DNA of 63,825 nucleotides from Podarcis cretensis. Its lineage: Eukaryota. A program made the position numbers and the translations under genes. A model generated the notes under the pieces. It ran no database searches. It saw nothing but the letters and a program-made list of their open reading frames with translations, and was not told the DNA's origin. Each line of letters opens with the position of its first letter. Positions within the stretch are counted from its first letter, which is position 1. Of this stretch, positions 13,127 to 25,010 are shown piece by piece. The stretch is from assembly GCA_951804945.1 (NCBI GenBank), contig OX638150.1, forward strand, positions 3,720,001 to 3,783,825, in the 5' to 3' direction.

Positions 13127-13337
13127 AATAAATTAAAAAATTGTCCAGTAGCACCTTAGAGACATAGTTGATGTTTGTTCTGGGTATAAGCTTTCGTGTG
13201 CATGCACACTTCTTCAGATAACAGAAAGCTTATACCCAGAACAAACTTAGTTGGTCTCCAAGGTGCTACTGGGACAATTTTTCAATTAATTAATTAATTA
13301 ATTTTGACTGTGCCAGACCAACACAGCTACCTACCTG
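13127..13337. mobile_element. Penelope-like element remnant: inverted pseudo-LTR ends with hammerhead motif
   Basis: Arms at ~13135-13195 and ~13224-13282 are inverted copies; 13-bp TSD AATGTAATAATCA at 13114-13126 and 13338-13350; CCAACACAGCTACCTACCTGAA end resembles squamate Penelope termini. Confidence 0.85.
13184..13220 (-). ncRNA. Minimal type I hammerhead ribozyme motif (Penelope-type)
   Basis: Minus strand reads UAU-CUGAAGA-A-GUGUG(CAUG)CACAC-GAAAGCU-U-AUAC: CUGANGA and GAAA core boxes, 5-bp helix II, palindromic AGCU helix III, 3-bp helix I. Confidence 0.7.
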
Positions 13338-16043
13338 AATGTAATAATCATCACAGAATTTCTTGTCTACTACACATTACCCTATTAGACCCTGTTGGAC
13401 ACATTTGCCTAAGTTATTAGAGAGCTGGATTCAAAACCTATTTAGATCAACTGGATGGACTGGGGTAACCATGGTTCCCTCAGATGTTATTGGACTACAA
13501 CTCTCAACATTGCTGACCATTGGCCATGCTGGCGAGGGCTGATGGGAGGGAGTTGAAGTCCAACACCATTGCCCTGACTTAAGGTGCCTTGATAAGTAAC
13601 AATAACCTGAAAGAACATAGTTGTCTTTTAAAATAACAAGAATAATAACTGAATGCACATTCATCAGCCAGCATAGATTTTGGCCAGATTAATTTATTAC
13701 ATAAAAACCAAAGCAAAAAGACAAAGGCCAGAATAGCTTCCAACTGGAGCCTATTTTTTGAATACTGTGAATACAGTTCAATGCATTGTTTTGAACTTGA
13801 ATGTAAGTTGACTTTAAAAAATCAGGATAAAATATGTATGTTGTAGTTGTGCAATGATTTTTTTGTTATTTATGTTATAAAGTGTGATTTAAAAACAAAG
13901 ATGCAAAGAATTGACAGGTGTAGGGAACATGAAATGTAATTTAATTTGATAAATTGGTCTCTGAGTAAGTTGGTTTGTAGTGCTTTTCACCCACTTGCAA
14001 ATATGGTTGGCACTTCCAAAACATCTGCCATATAGCTTCCTTTACAAGTTTTAAGCCTATGTAAGAGAGCATTTGCAAAAAAGGCAGTAGAGTAAACTAA
14101 ATTCCTCCTGTAATCATCAACAGAACTGTTGTCTCTTGTACTGGGACTTCTCGAGATTGGCTGAGGACTCCTGCAAAAGAAAGTCCTTGAACCCCAGATT
14201 TCGTAGTGCTGTTTTCTCCCTTTGCCTGGAAGATAAGGAAGCCTTGAGGTTGGTGCCATAGTGGCGTGAGAAGGGGCCAGCTAACAGCCCCCAGAGACAG
14301 AGACCTTCTGCAGTCCCATGCTTGTGCTGACAGGCGGGATTTGGCTCAGGCAGTATTTGGAGATACTGTAAAGGGAACGGGAGGTGGGGTTTGTGCGGTT
14401 GCCACTGTTAATACCCCTGTATGTTAGGCTTAGGGAAGTAATGCTGGCAAATATTTGCATGCGAACACCAGGGAATCCCAATTGTACTCCGTGTTCTGGA
14501 GCCCATGGACTTCAGAAGGAAAAAAAAAATGTATTTAAATCAGGCATTAATACTTAATTGAGTTGGGTCCTGCAGACAGGTCTGGGACAATCCTGATAGT
14601 CATGAAGCCACAGTTTTTCCTGTGACATTTCTGGTCATGACTAAACTGGTGTAAGATCCCATACGAGCATAACCACTGTTGAGATGGACAGAAAAGGATG
14701 GGAAAAGACATGTAAGCAATGTACAAATAAATGAATTTCAGTGAAATGGTATTCCATTTTTGCCATTCTCTCTCTGTCCCCACCCTGCCCCAAAGTGCTT
14801 GCTTGGAATGAATTTAATGGTAGGCCGCAACTTAGAGGTACAGCGTCTGCCTTCTGTGCAGAAGGCCCCAGATTCAATTCTTGGCAACTCCCACTAGTAC
14901 TGGATATGCCCCCTGCCTGAAACTCTGGAGAGCTGCTGCCAGTCAGTGTGGGCAAAGCTGACCTAGATGAACCAATAGTCTGAGCCTGGATAAAGCAGCT
15001 TTCTATGTTTTGGCAAGAGGGGCGTTAGACTGGTGAGGGAACTTCTCTGTTTGGTCTAGCTGATCACTGAGGAGATATGAGTGTTCACTCTTTGGTGGCA
15101 GGCTGCTGTAGGAAGATACGGAGGCTTGTTTGATTGTTCATAAGCATGCATGGTAAGCAGCTCAGAAGGGGAACTGGATAAGGCCACAAGAGGCATTGGG
15201 GCCAACTCATTTGTTCTGAGCCGCAGTTGCCTATGAGAAGGAGCCAGTGTGTTTTGCAAAAGAGAAGACCAGCATGCTGTTGCAGTTCTGTGCCTTTCCC
15301 CAATTTGAGGTTATCTACACTGGAGGTTGCTGGAGCACCAGAATGGTTAGGTACCCTGTAGAGTCGGCAATTAATTTTAAGCAGGGGTCATACATGGAAT
15401 TGAAGTGTCAGTCACATGAGCTCTGTTCAATAAATTGTTCATTGGTTTAACTGAAACAAAGGCTTTGGCGGAGTGCTTTTTTCATAGTTCAGCTTGGTTT
15501 CTCACCCCAGGACACAGATGGCTCTTTAACCCTGTTTTTCAAGGGGGAAGAGCTCTTGTGGCTCTGCAGCCATCACAGTTGCTTCCTGGGCTTGTGGAAA
15601 GTGTGAGGGGCTCAGGTGTATAAGGAAGGAATTCTGAGGTTTAGAAATGGACAGCCTGCCCCAAGCTCCGGCTCTCCAGGTGGCCATTGCGTCAGGGTTA
15701 ATGCTAGTGCAGGTGTCACAGTTTTATGTCCACCCAGTAGCAAAGGGCAAAGGACACGATACATCTGCAGAAATGAGAGATCGCACAGCAACACCAACAG
15801 TGTTAGGTTGGGACTTTTTAGTTTGTGAGGAAAATGAAGTGAGCATTGGTGGCAGGGAATAATATTTTTTTCCTCCTCCTCTTTCAAGATTCCTGCATTG
15901 CAGGGGCTTGGACTAGATGACCCTCATGGTCCCTTCCAGCTCTACAATTTTATGATTCTAAGTACTAGAACTCAGGCTTACCCAGTGAGGCTGACAGGTG
16001 GCATAGTCAGGACAGACGAAAGTGCTTACTGTTGTTCGTAGTT

Positions 16044-16555
16044 TAAATCCTGCTTGCAAGTTCAGGTAATCTGAAAAAGGCTTCCATTTTTCCATAAAAC
16101 AATCGTCATTAGGTTTTCTTATTTTGGCTGTTAACTTTGCTAATTCCGCATAGTCCAACACTTTACTTATCCATTCTGCTTTGGTGGGAACTTCTTCTTT
16201 CTTCCATTCTTGTACATAGAGAATCCTAGCTGTTGTTACATACATAAACAGTTTAATCATCTGTTTTGGAACTGTTGTCCCTATAATCCCTAAGAGAAAA
16301 GTTCCAGGGTTGGGTTTTTTTTTTTGTATATTCACTTTAAATGTCTTTTTTATCTCATCATATATCATTTCCCAAAGTACCCTCGCTTTGTTACAAGTCC
16401 ACCACATATGAAAAAAGATCAACCTACTTGTTCACACTTCCAGCAATTATTAGGAACAACCTTACACATTTTAGACAATTTGTTAGGTGTTAGATACCAT
16501 ATATACATCATTTTCATATAGTTTTCTTCTAAGGCACAGCAAGCAGTAAATTTCC
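16044..16555 (-). mobile_element. L1-clade LINE ORF2 C-terminal fragment
   Basis: CWKC...FFHMWWTC zinc-knuckle region followed by LLGIIG...EWKKEEVPTKAEW...EKWKPFSDYL (ORF 15958..16422). Confidence 0.8.
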
Positions 16556-16689
16556 CATGATAGCAAGAAAACAGTCCCCTGATCTGATTGGGGTCCCATG
16601 TAGCTGGTTTACCCTCAAAATTAAAGTGGTCAGTTCAAGCACATCTTAAACTGGTGCCCTCCAGATGTTGTTGGCCTACAACTCCCATC

Positions 16690-17492
16690 TTTCTTCTTTT
16701 TCTTTTTTGGCGATCACTCGTAGCCGAGTAAGGTTGTCTTCCATGAACACGGTCTTAACCGTGAGTCTGTAACTGACTGTGGAGGCCAACTCTGGAGCCA
16801 CACATACTTTAACAGTGGGGACATAGGTTTCCAGACAGGAGTTGATCATGATGAGGGTTTGCCAAACGTGTCTTCTTCTTAGCTCGTTTCTCCTTTTCGC
16901 CCTGAGTTTGTGCTTCTTCAAAGTCCATTACACCTTTGGAGTGCTCACAAGCCAGTGTTTTCCAGTTATCAGTGCTTATACATTTTTTAAGATTTGCATT
17001 GAGAGCGTCTTTAAACCTCTTTCATTGTATGCCGGTATTTCACTTTCCATTCTTAAGTTGGGAATAGAGTAGTTGTTTTGGAAGACGAAGGCATCTGAAC
17101 AACATGACCAGTCCAACCAAGTTGATGTTGAAGAATCATTGCTTTGACACTGGTGAGCTTTGCTTCTTCCAGTACACTGACAATTGTTCACCTGTCTTCC
17201 CAAGTGATGTGTGCAAAAATTATTTGAGACACTGTTGATGGAATATTTCAAGGAGTTGGAGATGGTGTTTATAAATGGTCTATGTTTCATAAGCGTGCAG
17301 TAAAGTTGGTAGTACAATAGCTTTATTAATGAGCATTTTGGTTTCCCGGCGAACATCCCAGTCCTCAAACACTCTGTGCTTCAATCGGGAGAAAGCTGCA
17401 TGCACAGAGCTCAGGCGATGCTGGATTTCAGCATCAGCATCAGCCCTTGTGCAAAGAGAACTGCCCAGGTAGGAAAGGTGATTGACATTTTC
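16690..17492 (-). mobile_element. RTE-clade LINE 3' fragment inserted into a hAT MITE
   Basis: Peptide ENVNHLSYLGS...EIQHRL...KMLINKAIVLPTLLHAYET (RTE ORF); GAA-rich tail; 11-bp TSD CAACTCCCATC at 16679-16689 and 17493-17503. Confidence 0.85.
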
Positions 17493-18936
17493 CAACTCCC
17501 ATCATCTGTTGCCATTGGCCACACTGGCATCTGGATAGCACCGGGTTGGGGAGGCTGCAATAAACCATCACATGGAGTTAATGGCTCTGACCTAAGTGTC
17601 ACTTAATGGAAATGTTTTGTGATATCAAATCTATAACCACCGCAGGCAAACTGTTGTAAACAGAATGGAGTCTTCTGGTTCTTCTTGCCCCTTGAATTTC
17701 ATAGCTGGTTAGAGTCTCCCAGCTCTTGGTCCAGGCATTCTTATCTTCTCAGTTGTGACTTTCCCAGTTTTATTTGTCTTTGGGTTCCAGCCAAATCAAT
17801 TAAAGGACATATATTTATGGGCAAAACAACAGCTACTTTTAAAGTGGTTTTCTAAGGTTAAAAATTCCTGTCTAATGCAGCCTTTTGGAGTGTACCACAA
17901 GCTAGTCACAAAAAAATAAAATAAGCTTGTTTATTAGCTTCTTCAAGAAATAAAGTGGCTTGTTAACGATGCTTGCCCCAGTTGTGATTAAGTGGTTGAT
18001 CAATGGGTCTTTTTCTGTGTGGTGGACCACTTTGACTGATAGGCTGGGTCACTCCATGACCCCCCTCCCATGGACTGTAAATGATCCTCCTTAATTAACC
18101 CTCTATTTGAAGCTGCTGAAGGGAACTGACTTTTTTTGAAAACAAGTCTTGAGGTTGGTAGTGCAGTGGTGGTGAGGAGCATGTAAGAGCCCTGCTGGAT
18201 TGTACCAAAGGCCCATCTAGTCGTGTGTTCTGTCTTCACAATGGCCAACCAGATATGTAAGGGAAATGCACAAGCTGATATGAGTACATGTGAATTCAAA
18301 TCCATTTTGTAATGTAGAGACTGAGATGAATAAAATGCACAATTTAACCAAGCATGACAAGAGCAGAATCAGGAACAGAACATAGCTAGTTGATATTTGT
18401 CTAAGAACCTCACAGTGGGATTCTTGGCCTTTGCAAGTATTGGAATGTAGGTCTCTTGTAGCCCAACACTGTATGCACTGAGATACAGCATTTTTGTGTG
18501 TGTTTTATTTTAAGAGCCATTGTGGTGTAGCATTGCACTAGAATATGGGACACCAGGGTTCCAATCCCCACCTAACCATGAAGCTGCCTGGGTGACATTG
18601 AGCCAGTCACTGTGAGAATAAGATGATAGAATCATAGAACTGTAGTGTTGGAAGATACCCTGAGGGTCATCTACTCCAGCCTTCTGCAGTCCAGATGTGG
18701 AAAGGGAGAGCTAGGTATACAATGTTGAACTACTTGGAGGAAAACTATGCATGCTCCTACCCCTTATGCAAACAGATACAGAGTCATGAGTATCTGGTGG
18801 GGTTTTTTGCATGCCTGAGTGTGTACCACCTCACATTTAAGAGGCTTTGTTTCTGGCTCCTCGTATTCCTATTAATTCTGGTCCTTGGTGTATGCTTATC
18901 TTCTCCTATAACAGTTACGATTTTTCCCATTTCCAG

Positions 18937-19074
18937 GTCCACAGAGCAAAGTGTCCCGATGCCATCCTAATGAACACAGCTGCCTGGGCACTGACCTTTG
19001 CATCCACATGTCCAAGCTATGCAATGGCAAACGCGACTGTGTGGATGGTTCAGATGAAGGGCCCCATTGCCAAG
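18937..19074 (+). CDS. LRP1: LRP1 coding exon (exon 3 equivalent), LDLa repeat 2
   Basis: ttccag|GT acceptor, G|gtaagc donor; 138 nt; (C)[45 protein letters not shown]. Phase 1-1, in frame with the previous exon. Confidence 0.96.
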
Positions 19075-20186
19075 GTAAGCTGTTTCCCTGTCTCACCTGA
19101 TGCTGTGCAGAAGCTGTTACTGGTGGAGGAGCCCTGGGTGCAGCGAAGGCCAGTGTCATCCAGGGTATAGTCTGAAGGTACACTTAGCCACAGTTTAGTA
19201 GATTTGGACTTGGGTGGATGGGAGCCCCATGAATGTTGCCTTGGTTTCCTTGATAGAAAAGAAGTTAGAGATGAATGCAGGCGCTGCTGGGAGCAAAGGG
19301 TGTGTGTGGATTCTACTGACTGGAGTGCTGACTGCTGAACAGCTGAATTGCCATGTTACAGCAAAAGGACTGTTGCAATCTAGATTGTGTTAATAAGGGA
19401 ATGATGAGTAAGAGTTGTGGTTGTTAGCGGAATAGCAAGTAATTACAGAAGCATAATGAACAGGAACTAGATATATTGACAGATGCACTCTAAGGAAAGG
19501 TGGGTATAGATTTTAATCAGAACACTAAGCTTAATTTTTGGAATTAATGTTAGTGAGGCCATAGGTCTACGAGTTGCAAAGCAGTATAGTGTTAATTTCT
19601 CATATTAGTGCCTTACATCTAGCCTACATTTCCTTTATTTTAGTCATTATCAAATAGAAATGTGGTAAATGATTAACAGCCTACAGCAATTAGTTTTCAA
19701 GCTGCAGACTGGAACCTCACATTATCTGGTTATTTTATTTTTTTAATGCACTGACCACTGCTTCTTCTGTGCAAAATAGCATTGTGAGGGAGCAATCTTT
19801 AGCGGATAAACATCAGAACAGGCACCTTTGTCCTGTCTTCCATTACGGCCCCTTGCGAATTCCCCCTCCTCACTGCCTCAGAATTTCAGACTCTTGTTTG
19901 CAATGGAAATATGGGTCTGGAACCTTAGCTGAGAAGAAAGAGGCTGGGATGGAGATGGGATGGAGCAAAACACTTGACCAAGAGAACAGTATCTCCTCTC
20001 CCTGCCTGCTGCTTTTCCACTTCAAACTGCATCTTTCTGACATCACTTTGACAAGGAGAAACATCAACTGGGGTTTAAAATACTTGAGTTGGCCAGATAA
20101 ATGACTGCTTGGATCCAATTTCCAACTTCACTTACTGGCTTTGTGGTGACTGCATCTGTTTTTTGTGTGCAAAGGGACATACAGTA

Positions 20187-20294
20187 TTAGTTCATAGAGT
20201 CGTAGAGTTGGAAGGAACTGTGAGGTTCATCTACTCCAACCCCCTGCAATCCAGGAATATGCAGCTGTCCCATACAGGGATTAAACCTGCAACC
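20187..20294 (-). mobile_element. 5'-truncated tRNA-Ile-type SINE with CR1 tail
   Basis: Reverse complement matches the 3' two-thirds of the SINE at 37853-37993. Confidence 0.7.
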
Positions 20295-20399
20295 TAGTTG
20301 ATCCATTAGTGTCTGAAAGAGCAACCTGGGTGGTTCGGGAGATGAGATTTTCAGAAAGATGCATAGTAGGGTGGACGTCAGAGCTATGATAATTATTTG

Positions 20400-20745
20400 A
20401 ATACTAGGAAATAAAGCTGATTCCAGATGGTCACTTCTAATTTCTTGATTACATCTTACGCTTTGCGCCAATACTGCTAAAACTAATATAAACAACAAGG
20501 TTGACAACAGGCAGCCTTGTCTCGTTCCTTTAATTATTTTACAATTCTCAGTCAGGACATTATTTACTATCAAATTAGCTGACAAATTGTCCTGACTCCT
20601 TTTATAGAAGTGTTTCTGCAGTTCATATATTCCAAAACTTTAAACATAAAATTCCAGGAGATGTTGTCAAATGCTTTCTCTGTATCTAAAAACATTAAAG
20701 CCACTTGTTTTTCATTTCTCACTTGTAAATCTTCTATTATATCAT
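20400..20745 (-). mobile_element. L1-clade LINE reverse-transcriptase fragment
   Basis: Peptides ALMFLDTEKAFDNISWNF and KGTRQGCLLSTLLFILVL (RT motifs), frameshifted. Confidence 0.85.
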
Positions 20746-20967
20746 TATTATATAAAACCCAATAAAAAAGCAAAAAACAAAATCATGATCCATCTTTAAT
20801 CAGGATGAATTGGAAACAGAAATGTGTTAACCTAATCAGGTGACATTGCAGTAGCTGTGCTGAGTCATAACAGGTTTTGAATGAGAGCCAGTAACTTTTG
20901 AGAGGTGCCACCTCCCAAACCGAGCCTGCCCAACTGAGCAGAGAAATTGCTGGGAGGCTGGTGCGTA

Positions 20968-20969
<2 letters not shown>

Positions 20970-21001
<32 letters not shown>

Positions 21002-21012
21002 TGTGTGTGTGT
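20970..21012. repeat. (GT)n microsatellite
   Basis: Read directly; one interruption. Confidence 0.95.
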
Positions 21013-23719
21013 GGGGGGACTTTAGGCCCCCATTGTTTATCAGCAGAGTCATTTACTCTGAAAGGCTTACCAGTTCCGTGACTAAGTGGCAGATCTGATT
21101 CTTCCCTTGCAGTTTTTCTCTGCGGTCCTGACTGACTGGGAGGAAATATCTCTAATGTTAGTGTGTGAGTTTCAGTTTCACTTACAGATTTTCACTACTG
21201 AAGAACAGGTGTTTGGATTTGGAGCTCTGTGTGTGTGCTTGCACGCTGACACTCTGCTAGAGTGCAGCAATAGTGGGGAATGTAGAAGGAATGCTTAAAA
21301 AGAGCGTTTTCATCTATCCTTAGGGCTGTGGAGATATACTTGAAAGTCCCTTGGCAGTGCCTTGAAATCTTCAGAGAGCTTGCTGAATAAGATTTCCAGT
21401 GCCTGGGGGTGGGCAGGGCACCACTGCACAAGTAAAGTAAGTTAGAGAAAACAAGAGATTGTGCAGATCTGCCAAAAGCAAGGCTGGGAATTGATATGAG
21501 CCTATCCTTGTGCCACGGAGAAACATATCTGGACTAGCCAGCCAAGGATTGCAGGTGGTCAGGTTATTTTTCCTGTTGGGGTTAAGAAGTGTGCTTTTTG
21601 TGACTGTTCAGATATTGATTGATTGATGGTATTTCCATGCCCCTTTTCATTCAAATGAATCTCAAAGCTGTTTACAAACAATAAGGAACAATAACATAAA
21701 AAAGAGCACCACAAATACAGCACAGATCATATAAAATAAGGAAAAAATCATCACTGAAACAGTTGCAATCTATAAAACTATTAACAAAACAGCAACAAAA
21801 AGTAAGCTAAACATCACAATTATAGCGAAAGTCATATATATTATTAACAAATCAATGTAGTGTTAAAAATCTATAAAACAATAGCAACAACATTAACAAA
21901 ATAGCAACTAAAAAAAAGCTAATCACTGTTAAGTTCATGCACTCAAACTGAGCTGAGAAAATGCTGGGAGACTGATGTTTTCTGTCTTGGGCCCATTGAG
22001 CATCAAAGATGCACATAGCCAGGCTCAATGTTCACATTCAGACTAGACTAGGTTGCAACCAGATCATTACATGTTCTTCAAACAGGATGTAACTGAGAGC
22101 AGCTGAGCTTTTCTGGAAAAGCAAACTGTCTCTGTCCTCACAAGTAGTGACTTTAAAGCTTTAGATGGGGAGTTGAAGCTGCCTCTTATAGGTCTGAATG
22201 TCACCTAGCTAGCTAATCCCAGGAACAGAGGAAGTTGTGCTTCCCACTGTCACAATCTAGGTAAGAGAATCCCATAGTAGAGTTCTAAAAGGGTTTTAAG
22301 AAGTGTCCTGGTAGATCCCACGCTTTGCATGTGGGATCTCAAGGATGGCTCTCAAGGGTGTTTTACCAACCCCACCTGGAGATGCTGGGGATTCAACCTG
22401 GGACCTTCTACATGCATAGTAGATGCTCTACTACCAAGTTATGGCCCATCCCTCCATGAAGTAGGCCCAGAATGTGCTTCTGATAGAGGTGGAGCCCAGA
22501 GGTGGGGCCCAGTTATCTGTGGGCCAGACACAGCTGTTCCGTGCAAGCAATGCAAACCAAGGAAGTAACAGGTAAATTAATACCCTACAGTGCAGATGTG
22601 CCCTGAAAAATCACACCAGAAGTCTTACAATAAAGTTTAGAAATTCCAGGTGTTGACTGTCATTGTTTAGCCCTTCTAAACGCTGCACTTTCATAAACAG
22701 CCTTTTTCATAGTTGCTTTTCTGTTTTAAGCATGCTCAGCAAGTCAGTGTACTGAGACAAACTATGATGCCTGACGGGTTTTTTTGCTGGGGGTGTGTGA
22801 GGTGGAGATGTTAAATATTGCTTAGATGAATTAGACATGCATACTGTAATGTAATTGATTAACAAATCTTGGTTCTTAAAACCCTTAACAGCTTGTCGCT
22901 CCCTGAAACTAACCATGGCATGCTCAGGATGTGTGAGTTGTTGTAATATAACCAATTGGTAATGGGCAAGCTTGAGGAGAACATTTATGGTACTGTAAAT
23001 AAGCCATATTCAAGAGTGCAGAAATGTGGAAGCTCTGGAAAGTAGTGCTCTGAAAAGGCAGCCTTTCTATATCTAATTAGGCCAAATGGAAGTTCACCTC
23101 AGCTCTGCAAGACTGGGTTCTTGTTCAGCTGAATTGGTACCTGGAGAGCCACTTTGAGTGATTATGTCTCAACAAGGTGAGGTATGAGCAAGCAGTTTGC
23201 CTGCTCACACAGCCTCTTTACTTCCCCCTTTCACATGACAGTTTAAACTAGGAGGTCTCTAATTAACCATAGTTTACAAGTTTTGTCCAAACTGGGAAAC
23301 CATGGTTACCAGCTTTGGAACATGTTGAGGTATGATTTATCTGAACAAACCTGGCTATCTGTTTAGAGGTCTTGGCAGGTTGAAGTCCTAGTCTGTTAAG
23401 TGAAGCTGCAACTTAAGAAAACCCCAGCACCCCTCTTCGTTCACAGTTCATGGGATGGGCAAGGCTGTGTCTATACAGAATTTCATTTTTTAAAAAAAGT
23501 AGAGCAAACTTGTAGTTCTTATGAATGTGAAGCTTTTCGTGGAAGTGTGTAGGTAGTGCCTGCTGAAATCTCAGAAGTCAGCATAACTTAACAAAATCAG
23601 AATAAATTATGCAAAATGTAAGACAAAGTAATTTATGCAGAACAAGATACATTATGCAAATCTAGGTTGCTAAATATATAGTTCCTTGTCATGGAATTTG
23701 AATTGCCAAGATGCACAAT

Positions 23720-23789
23720 TAATAATAACAATAACAATAACAATAACAATAACAATAACAATAATAATAATAATAATAATAATAATAAT
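23720..23789. repeat. Compound (AATAAC)n/(AAT)n microsatellite
   Basis: Read directly. Confidence 0.95.
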
Positions 23790-24597
23790 TGTGGAATACG
23801 TGCAGGCTTGCTGGAAACTACCTTGCAAAAATGAAAATCCTCATGTGCTCCGATAAGAAATAGGGCCCTCTTTTAAAAGATGGGTCAGCTTCTTGAATTC
23901 ACTTGTTATTTACAAATGAAGGAAGCTGTTTAATTTTTAAGGAGTGCCAGAAGACCTATGTAGTATCTCTCTCACTGAGCTCTGCAGAGCTGCAGGATGT
24001 GGATTCTTTAAGGGTTGGGCCTCTTAAGGCTGCATAGAGTTGTGGGCTACCTATTACATGAAATAGTGGGCTTTCTGTGGTATTCCTGGGAGGTGCAGTG
24101 TTTTTAAATAAGGGACGCTTGTTTAAAACCAGGAATGTCTAGCAGACAAGCACCCTTCTTTGCTTGCACCGCAGCCTCTATTTTTGGAAGCATTACTTCT
24201 TCTCTACAGCATTTCAGGCAATGGAATTGTAAAGCAGTGATAACACTTTTGTGGCTGTCAACAGAAACCTGCCAGAGCCTCTCGCCCCAGGGCAGATCTG
24301 TTAAAAGAAAGATGTTTATGCCTGGTCTGTTACATTATCCTAGAGTTGCCTGATGCTGGGTGTCTTCCCCATTCTTTTAAAGCATATGAGGCTTTATAGT
24401 GTGTACTGCAAGAGTCTGGGCTTGCTCTGACCCCTTGGTCTGAGGCCTATTGCTTTGAGGTCTGTACCTCTCTAAATTAAAATTGGGGTTAGCTGCTGGA
24501 GGAAACCAAGGCTGCTGTCATGTCCGCTTCAGGATTTTGTTTTGATTGTTCCTAGATTCATACTGCCAACCACTGCATTAGACATTCATTTCCTTCC

Positions 24598-24599
<2 letters not shown>

Positions 24600-24630
<31 letters not shown>
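24600..24630. repeat. (TA)n microsatellite
   Basis: Read directly. Confidence 0.95.
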
Positions 24631-24633
<3 letters not shown>

Positions 24634-24649
24634 CTTAAAACACCCAGAA

Positions 24650-25010
24650 TGCCCCGTTCAGATAGGAGCACAGCTTTGCCACCAGTTGAAGCTGATGGAA
24701 AGCGCTCTGTACAACCAAGGCCCCATGAGCCTCAAATGATAGTAATGGATCCAGAAGTACCCAAAGCTGTGTACTGTACCTGCTTTCTTTAGAGCAAATG
24801 TAACCCCATCCAGAGCAGGCCACATCCCATACATTCTGTCTAGGCAACTGCCCACTAACAGGGCCTCAGTCTTGTCTGGATTAAGCTTCAGTTTCTTGGC
24901 TCTCAACCGGTCCATTACTGACACAAGGCATTGGTCTAGCACATCTGCTGCCACACCTAAAAGAGAAGTGGAACTGTGTGTCAACAGCACATCGCTGACA
25001 ATGTACTCCA
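24650..25010 (-). mobile_element. L2 LINE RT-region fragment
   Basis: Peptide VLDQCLVSVMDRLRAKKLKLNPDKTEALLV (L2 LKLNPDKTE motif). Confidence 0.8.
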
